5,792 nucleotides of DNA from Amoebidium appalachense (Eukaryota; Protista; Ichthyosporea): NCBI GenBank assembly GCA_963693365.1, contig CAVNZM010000120.1, positions 1 through 5,792 of the forward strand, in the 5' to 3' direction. Position 1 is the first letter of the stretch. Every line of letters begins with the position of its first letter. The position numbers were made by a program, and so were the translations under genes. This document shows positions 1-5,792 of this stretch, piece after piece. The notes below the pieces were generated by a model. That model saw nothing but the letters and a program-made list of their open reading frames with translations. It was not told where the DNA came from and ran no database searches.

Positions 1-214
1 CTTTCATTACGATATAAAATAAAAATCCTAAATACAGAAGATGTCGAAATCCCAAAAAAGCGTCATTTTTGGAATTTTAACAGATCATAAATTGGGTACC
101 TACGGAAGCCTACGGAACTTTCGCGGTGCTCCAATTTATGGGCTTAATAAAAATTTAAAGGTAATAAAGGAAGAAAGGACGAAGGTCATAGTACTCTAAG
201 AATAGCAAAGCATG
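1..214 (+). repeat. Dispersed leader-like element, copy 1 (may extend beyond the window start)
   Basis: 23-45 is identical to 3966-3988 (23 nt), 65-88 matches 3989-4012 at 23/24, 1-20 matches 3938-3957 at 16/20, and 188-214 resembles 4099-4129. Both copies end in ATG. Confidence 0.88.
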
Positions 215-362
215 ACTGTAAATGTAAGAGCTAGTATTTAACGAGCTTATCGTATCGGGATAATAAGAGCATAAAACTACTCTCTTAATAAGGAAGCTCT
301 TAAGAGATACTAACTGGTTCTCTAATTTAGGATGTCATAATTATTCCCTTAGTAGGGAATAA

Positions 363-493
363 AAAAGATACTTATTTTATACATATCATAATGAGATAAG
401 AATAATGTATATTCTAGCCGATGCCTTTGGAGGATTATTAGGAACAACTTCCTCCGTATTAATTTATATCGAGTTAGGAGTATCAGGTGCGGT
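363..493 (+). pseudogene. cox1: Degenerate cox1 5' fragment, copy A
   Basis: Frame from 366 reads RYLFYTYHNEIRIMYILADAFGGLLGTTSSVLIYIELGVSGA, matching the Cox1 N-terminus (RWLFSTNHKDIGxLY...GxxGTxxSxLIRxELxxPG) with many conserved residues altered. An in-frame TAA lies at 360-362 and there is no ATG at the expected start. The fragment runs directly into a group I intron. Confidence 0.85.
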
Positions 494-749
494 AAGTGTA
501 ACTAACACCAATGATCAACTTTTAATTTCGTTATATGCTGAGACAACCTAAAATTTTAAATACTCTTTAAGAGTAATAATCTTAAAGATGTAATTGCTCT
601 CAATACAAAGAGCAAGTCAAACAGCAGGAAACCAAAATAGATAAAGATCTATTAGTAAGATTCTCAGAGACTACACGCGAAACAATACTTTTCACTATTA
701 TATAGAACAGTATTGATGAGATAGTCTGCTCAAGTGCAAATTGATTTGG
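494..749 (+). ncRNA. Group I intron (IB-like) catalytic core, no ORF; boundaries approximate
   Basis: P ATGCTGAGAC 535-544, Q AAACAGCAGGA 619-629, R TCAGAGACTACAC 664-676, S GATGAGATAGTC 715-726. Pairings: P3 TTTCGT 526-531/GCGAAA 677-682; P4 TGCTG/CAGCA; P6 extension AATAGAT-aaag-ATCTATT 636-653; P7 GACTA 669-673/TAGTC 722-726; P8 CAATACT 683-689/AGTATTG 709-715; P9-like stem with a GCAA tetraloop 730-744. Candidate terminal G at 748 or 749. Confidence 0.9.
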
Positions 750-809
750 ATTAGTAATCTTATACCTAAGGATACTAAATTAGGGAAATTTTACTATTAT
801 AGAAAGGTT

Positions 810-940
810 AAACTGGGCTATATGCGGAAACCACTTTAGAATCCACGGAACTAGACAAGGGTTTTCTTTTGTTCGTAAAACTATGTTGGGATTGGATAAC
901 TTAGCAGGGAACAAAAATGAATTAAACATCTATTAGTCGG
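810..940 (+). pseudogene. Truncated group I intron remnant (P and Q only)
   Basis: P-like GGCTATATGCGGAAACC at 816-832. Q-like AACTTAGCAGGGAAC at 898-912 is followed by ...CATCTATTAGT, resembling 619-656 of the first intron. No R or S element follows. Confidence 0.6.
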
Positions 941-965
941 AAAGAATAACGAAAGCATCATATAC

Positions 966-1092
966 ACTATGATGCTTATTATAGCAGGTGTATTTTTAGG
1001 ATTATTAGGAACAACTTTATCCGTATTAATTTGTATCGAATTGAGAGTACCAGGTATGGTACTCTGAGGCAAATCATATGTATAATTATATT
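966..1092 (+). pseudogene. cox1: Degenerate cox1 5' fragment, copy B
   Basis: Frame from 969 reads MMLIIAGVFLGLLGTTLSVLICIELRVPGMVLWG, then after a +1 shift NHMYNYI (Cox1 ...ELxxPG...xQLYNVI). 998-1055 matches 431-488 at 51/58 nt. Confidence 0.85.
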
Positions 1093-1124
1093 GGGAGAGC
1101 AATCACTCCCTATGGTCATACGCA

Positions 1125-1489
1125 TTTCTAAGCCTCCCATATCAATTAGTTACACCAAGTCCATTTACTGCCATCTTAGCAGCATTAGTATTCTCATTTG
1201 GTACTATATGTTGATTTCATAATTATAAAAATGTAAATATAATGATGATTATCAGTTTATAGTCAATTATCTATAAAGAATAAAGTTTTGGATTGTTTGA
1301 GAAAGAGATTTACTTGCAGAAAAGAAGGAATGATTTTCTTTAGAGTATCAGAAGCTTTTTTATTCTTCGTAAACTTCTGAGCTTATTTTCATAGCAGCTT
1401 TTCACCATCTATTAATTTAGGAGTTTTTTGATCTCCTATTGTAATTGAGGTATTAAATCTATAGATCTTTTTAAAATACTGCTATTATA
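1125..1489 (+). pseudogene. cox3: Degenerate cox3 5' half with deletions, frameshifts and stops
   Basis: Four blocks: PYQLVTPSPF...FSFGTICWFHNY from 1137 (Cox3 HPYHLVxPSPWP...WFH); WERDLLAE 1298-1321 (WWRDVxRE); GMIFFRVSEAFLFFVNFWAYFHSSFSPSINLGVFWSPIVIEVLNL* 1327-1464 (GMILFIxSExxFFxxFFWAFFHSSLSP..LG..WPP.GI); NTAII 1475-1489 (LLNTxILL). The GHHT segment is missing. Confidence 0.92.
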
Positions 1490-1542
1490 ATTCCACCTTT
1501 ACTTCTATTAGTATCATTGATATTAGTAAAATAAGATGCGGT
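1487..1542 (+). pseudogene. cox1: Short internal cox1 fragment (helix III end to the ExGAG motif)
   Basis: Reads IIPPLLLLVSLILVK*DA, resembling Cox1 LxPPSLxLLxxSxxVExGAG. AAA TAA GAT GCG is interpretable as decayed GAA CAA GGT GCG. It is followed by the same intron 5' sequence as copy A. Confidence 0.6.
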
Positions 1543-1642
1543 AAAGAAAATTTATATAATAATCCACTTTAAATTTAGCTATATGCTGAAACAACCTAAA
1601 ACTTTAAAAACTCTTTAAGAGTGGTAAGCTTAAAGATAAATT
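1543..1642 (+). pseudogene. 5'-only second copy of the group I intron at 494-749
   Basis: 1580-1637 matches 532-589 at 52/58 nt, including the P element ATGCTGAAAC 1583-1592. Both copies are preceded by GCGGTAA. Similarity ends before Q. Confidence 0.85.
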
Positions 1643-1689
1643 AATAGATTAGTATTATAAATCATTATCAAAGATAACTTAATAGATCG

Positions 1690-3690
1690 CTGTCAAGATA
1701 ATTATATAAGGTAACTCATTGTTTATTATCTATCATAATATAGAGGTTTGTTATTATTTAGATAGATCATCTCTAGGTTAAATTTTAAAGGATTCGAGTC
1801 GTTTGCCAAAAATCTCAGCTTATTGATAAGATAACACTGTCTATTTTATCTTAAAAATAAATGCTATCTCTTAGGTAAATCATTTTTTAGTCTTATCTAT
1901 AAGAATTTAAGTTATCTACCCCCGAAAATCTCAGCTTATTGACATGATAACATTATTTATTTTTTCTCTAAATTTGGAATGGTTACTACTTTTTTAAACC
2001 CCCATCTGCTCGTCGGAAAGATTTAAAGTTATAGTTGGTTGATAAGAAAATTTCCGCATATTGATATGTAAATTTATCAATTTTCTTTTGAAAAAGGTAG
2101 GTGCTACCTTTAGACAGGTTATATGTTAGTCGTATCTCAAAAGATTAGAGTTAGTTAACAAGAAAATTTGCGCTTATTCCGAGAAATCTACCTTATTTTC
2201 TCGAGAAGATGGTTGCTATCTTTTAACAGGTAAATTTGAATCGTTTATCTAAGGATTAAAGTTGGTTATCAAAGAAATCTAAACCAATATCAAAATAACC
2301 TTATCTATTATCCATCTGAATGTAGAAATTTATCATCCATTAGGCTGGTCATTTATGGGTCAAATTTAAAAGATTTTGAGTATTTTGGCCCGAAATTCTC
2401 AGCTTATGATCTTAATAATATTATCTATTATATCTCAAAGATGTTAATGACTACCATTTAAATAGGTCATCTCTTAATTGAATAGATTTAAAGTAATAGT
2501 TGTTTGCCAAAAAATTTCAATATGGGTTGGAGATATAACTTGAATTGTTTCTCTTGTAGATAAGAATGGTCTCTATCATTCATCGAATTAGAGGAATTTA
2601 TTTAAAAAGTTACTATTTTGTGAAGGAATTTTTACACATATAGACGAATTAGCTTGGATGATTTGATAGAAAGCTAAGTAATGGGGGTATCATCGATTAG
2701 GATGAGCTTTTTTACTAAGGTTAATGTTTGAACAAGAGATTCCTATAGATGTAGGTTATTTAAATTCTCATGAACTGATTTAATGGTGAGCAATTCTGGG
2801 TTGGTGGAAAACGATTGGTTATTTAAGCTGTTCTCTTTAAAGCTGGATTAGTAATTTTTAGTTTACGGTAAGCAGTTCGGAGCTAGGTTGACTTAAACTG
2901 TTCTCTTCGCCGCTAGATTAGCAGTTCTGGATTAACTTAAGCTGTTCTCTTCAAAGCTAGGTTGGCGATTCTATGTTGATGGTTAGCGGTTCTATTCTTA
3001 GCAGGGTTGATGATGAGCTATTTTATAAAGATTAGTGTTTGAATAAAAAATTCCTATAAATATCAATAAGTTAGCTTTGAGAACTTTAAGGAAAGCTAAG
3101 TGATGATATAAATTATTTCATCTATTTGGGTAAGCTTTTTTACTAAAATTAATAGTTGAACGAGAGATTCTTATAGCTGTAAGTAAATTAGCTTGGATAA
3201 TTTCTCGAAGGTAAGTTCGTTACCTTTTGAGAAGGCATCACGCAATAACTTGAGATACTTTATTATCTTTGGGGAGGGGGTTCTGGATTGACGGTAAGTA
3301 ATGGATTACTTAAGCTATTCTCTTTAAAGCTGGGTTAACGGTGAACTTTTATAAAGGTTAGTAGTTAAAAGAAAAATTTCTATAGATGTTGATAAGTTAG
3401 TTTAGATGTTTTCATGGAGAACTAAGTGATGATAGGTATCATCTCATTAATTTAAGGGAGCTTTTTTACTATAATTAATAGTTGAAAGAGAGATTCCTAT
3501 CAGTGTAAAGAATTTCGTAAAGAGCTAAGTGATAATAGGTATCATTTCAGCAGTTTGGGTGAGCTTTTTATAAAGGTTAATATTTTGCCAAGAAATTCCT
3601 ATAGATAAAGGTAAATTAGGTTGGATAGTTTCTCAAAGATAAGTTTGTTAACTTTTGAAGGGAGCATCACGCAAAGACTTGTAATACTAC
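1690..3690. repeat. Degenerate tandem array, unit ~111-122 bp, at least 14 units, interrupted
   Basis: An anchor motif (AAAA-TCTCAGCTTATTGA drifting to AGA-TTCCTATAGAT) starts at about 1813, 1929, 2051, 2167, 2278, 2397, 2515, 2629, 2740, 3051, 3168, 3377, 3494 and 3596. Confidence 0.85.
2788..3010. repeat. Short repeat family inserted in the array (core TTAAGCTGTTCTCTTYAAAGCT)
   Basis: Core copies start at 2823, 2893 and 2937, with another at 3310, interspersed with GCAGTTCTGG-like sub-motifs. Confidence 0.8.
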
Positions 3691-3770
3691 TTTTCTACCT
3701 TACTACCTTAAAGATTTACATAGAAAGGACCATTTGGGGAGATCTCCATAGAGGAAACTCCTACCAACCC

Positions 3771-3931
3771 ACTCTACTTTATTATCCTCTATTCTTATTC
3801 TAAAGACCCAATATCTTGAGTACTCTACTTTATTGTATTCTATTCTTATTCTAGGTATGCAGGGTACACATGGACCTACTCTACTCTTATACTAGATATC
3901 CAGGGTCCACATGGGCCTACTCTACTCTTAT
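3771..3931. repeat. Pyrimidine-rich nested tandem duplications (ACTCTACT motif)
   Basis: 3771-3802 resembles 3822-3853 (ACTCTACTTTATT....TCTATTCTTATTCTA). 3851-3890 resembles 3892-3931 (CTAGRTATSCAGGGTMCACATGGRCCTACTCTACTCTTAT, period 41). Confidence 0.9.
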
Positions 3932-3937
3932 TGGAAG

Positions 3938-4126
3938 CTTTCGTCAGGATATAAGATGATAATTCAAATCCTAAATACAGAAGATGTCATTTTTGGAATT
4001 TTAGCAGATCATTAATTGAAATTTATGAAATTAATAAAAATCTTAAAAAGTTAATTAACTTATTTATTAAAAATAGGAAGGAATTAGGTGCTATGTTAAT
4101 AGTACTAAGAATAGGAAAGAGAAAGG
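3938..4126 (+). promoter_or_regulatory. Dispersed leader-like element, copy 2, directly upstream of nad1 (regulatory role inferred)
   Basis: Colinear homology to 1-211 that ends at the nad1 ATG. The repeat is observed; a promoter or 5'UTR function is inference from position only. Confidence 0.45.
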
Positions 4127-5122
4127 ATGTTAGTTAGTTTAATAATAATAGTAAAATTATTAATAATAGTAGTAGCAGTATTAATAGGAGTGGCATTTTT
4201 AACTTTATTAGAAAGAAAAGTGCTAGGAAGTATGCAATTAAGAGTGGGACCACAAACAGTGGGAGTGTGAGGAGTGTTACAACCATTTGCAGATGCGGTA
4301 AAATTATTAGCTAAGGAATCGATTATTCCAAATCATGCAAATAAAATTATTTTCTTATTAGCACCAATTATTTCATTAGTGTTAGCTTTGGCAGGATGAG
4401 CAGTTATTCCTTTTGGGACTGGAGTAGTATTAGCAGACATAAATATAGGAATATTATATTTATTTGCAGTATCTTCTTTAGGTGCTTATGCTGTTTTATG
4501 TTCTGGGTGAGCAAGTAATAGTAGATATTCTTTCTTAGGTGCATTAAGAGCAACAGCTCAAATGATTTCATACGAAGTTTCAATTGGGTTAATTATCTTA
4601 ACAGTAGTGTTATCAGCTGGATCTTTAAATTTAACAGAAATAGTATTAGCTCAACAATCAATATGATATATATTCCCATTATTACCAGCAGGAATAATGT
4701 TCTTTATATCATCATTAGCAGAAACATTTAGACCACCATTTGATTGTGTGGAAGCAGAAAGTGAATTAGTATCGGGATTCCATACTGAATATTCTGCCGT
4801 GTTATTTGTTTTATTCTTCTTAAGTGAATATGGTCATGTTATTTTAATGTCATATTTTAATGTATTATTATTTTGAGGGGGATGACTTCCAATCATCAAT
4901 CTCGCTCCTTTTACTTGAATTCCAGAAGTTGTATGACTTGGAATTAAGGTTTCTTTCTTTTTATTCTTATTTATTTGAACGCGTGCTTCACTTCCTAGAA
5001 TAAGATTTGATAATCTTATGCACTTAGGATGAAAATCTTTCTTACCTCTTTCATTAGCTTGTTATTTATTCATATCTGGTATTCTTATTGCTTTTGATTT
5101 TGTACCACCTATTGCTTATTAA
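4127..5122 (+). CDS. nad1: NADH dehydrogenase subunit 1 (mitochondrial, 331 aa, TGA=Trp)
   Basis: ATG at 4127 to TAA at 5120-5122, open if TGA=Trp. Translation [64 protein letters not shown]... [27 protein letters not shown]... [25 protein letters not shown]... [20 protein letters not shown] carries the standard ND1/NuoH motifs. TGA falls at conserved Trp sites such as GWASNS. Confidence 0.98.
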
Positions 5123-5135
5123 TCTTATATCTTTC

Positions 5136-5165
5136 AAGTTACCTCTCCTAGTTGAGAGGGTACTT
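5136..5165 (+). terminator. Stem-loop 13 nt after the nad1 stop; possible 3' processing, stability or termination signal
   Basis: AAGTTACCTCTC-ctagtt-GAGAGGGTACTT forms a 6 bp CCTCTC/GAGAGG core extended through bulges. Confidence 0.45.
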
Positions 5166-5451
5166 CTTACTAAAGCTATTATTATTTTTATGAGCTTAGT
5201 AAGAGATGGTAAAGGTATTCTAAAGAATATCAGTACCATAGTACTATCGCTGTGGAAATAGTACGAAACTTCCTCGGGTTAAAATAGTAAAACAGAGGAG
5301 ACATTGATTCATCTAGTGTATATAAAAAAGGAAATAATCTTATTTAAGTAGAAATAGGCGTTATAAGAAATACTAAAATAGTATTATTATAACTTTATAA
5401 AATAAAAATTTAAGAACTTTATAAAAGGAAGATGATAGAGATTGCTTAGAG

Positions 5452-5486
5452 ACTCAGATCATTCAGATCACTCGGATCACTAAGAC
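5452..5486. repeat. 9 bp tandem repeat, about 3.5 copies
   Basis: ACTCAGATC ATTCAGATC ACTCGGATC ACTAAGAC. Confidence 0.8.
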
Positions 5487-5792
5487 ACTAATTGTTAGGG
5501 GGAATTAGTGCTTTATCGGAACTTATGTATATAGGGGTACATATGCCTTGTTTAACTTATGGGAATAAGTTGATTCTGTAAAGGGAGGAAGTATTTATTT
5601 TATAGTTCTAGGATTGCTTAAAGAAGATTATTTCCTTTAGATGATGCCAGAAAAAACAAGGTTCCCCTCCCTTTGTTTCAGAGATAGAAATAATATTCTC
5701 AGGTACATGAAATCCTAATCTCCATCTCAAATTATCCTCCCTACATCAAAATTTACTCCTCCCTATGACATGCCTAGAGTAAGAAGAAGGGA

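Noticed and set aside
881-1102. Supplied 73 aa minus-strand ORF
   Set aside because: It is the antisense shadow of the cox1 copy B fragment and intron remnant, with no recognisable motif.
1031-1222. Supplied 63 aa plus-strand ORF
   Set aside because: It is out of frame with the recognisable cox1 and cox3 blocks it overlaps and has a TTG start; most likely chance.
2234-2461. Stop-free stretch of ~75 codons within the array; possible repeat protein or homing endonuclease
   Set aside because: There is no ATG near its start and no LAGLIDADG or GIY-YIG motif, neighbouring units do not keep frame, and such a length is plausible by chance under table 4.
1690-3690. CRISPR array
   Set aside because: Units are similar along their whole length, with no identical repeats separated by unique spacers and no cas genes, in a mitochondrial context.
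3621-3803. Supplied 60 aa ORF
   Set aside because: It spans the end of the tandem array and low-complexity repeats, with no protein features.
1543-5460. Giant group I intron enclosing nad1, as in the hexacoral nad5 intron, using CTTAGCAGGG (~2997) as Q and TTAGAGACTC (~5446) as R
   Set aside because: The matches are short, no P3/P7 partner or S element follows, there is no downstream cox1 exon, and the upstream exon has a stop.
5166-5792. tRNA, rRNA or gene downstream of nad1
   Set aside because: No cloverleaf, rRNA motif or recognisable reading frame was seen by eye; a tRNAscan-SE or Infernal run would be needed to exclude divergent RNAs.

Overview
AT-rich mitochondrial-type DNA. The nad1 alignment implies TGA=Trp and AGA=Arg, consistent with translation table 4. 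The only intact gene is nad1 (4127-5122, +), which the supplied ORF track misses because of internal TGA codons. Bases ~363-1640 are a scrambled, decayed mosaic: two cox1 5' fragments, a deleted and frameshifted cox3, a short internal cox1 piece, and three group I intron pieces, one with an essentially complete ORF-less IB-type core. Bases ~1690-3690 are a degenerate non-coding tandem array of ~111-122 bp units that drifts in sequence along its length and is interrupted by a shorter repeat family. A ~200 bp hairpin-forming leader occurs twice, at 1-214 and at 3938-4129 directly upstream of nad1, each time ending in ATG. No tRNA, rRNA or CRISPR was recognised. The taxon cannot be fixed from the sequence alone. 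All alignments and counts were done by eye.
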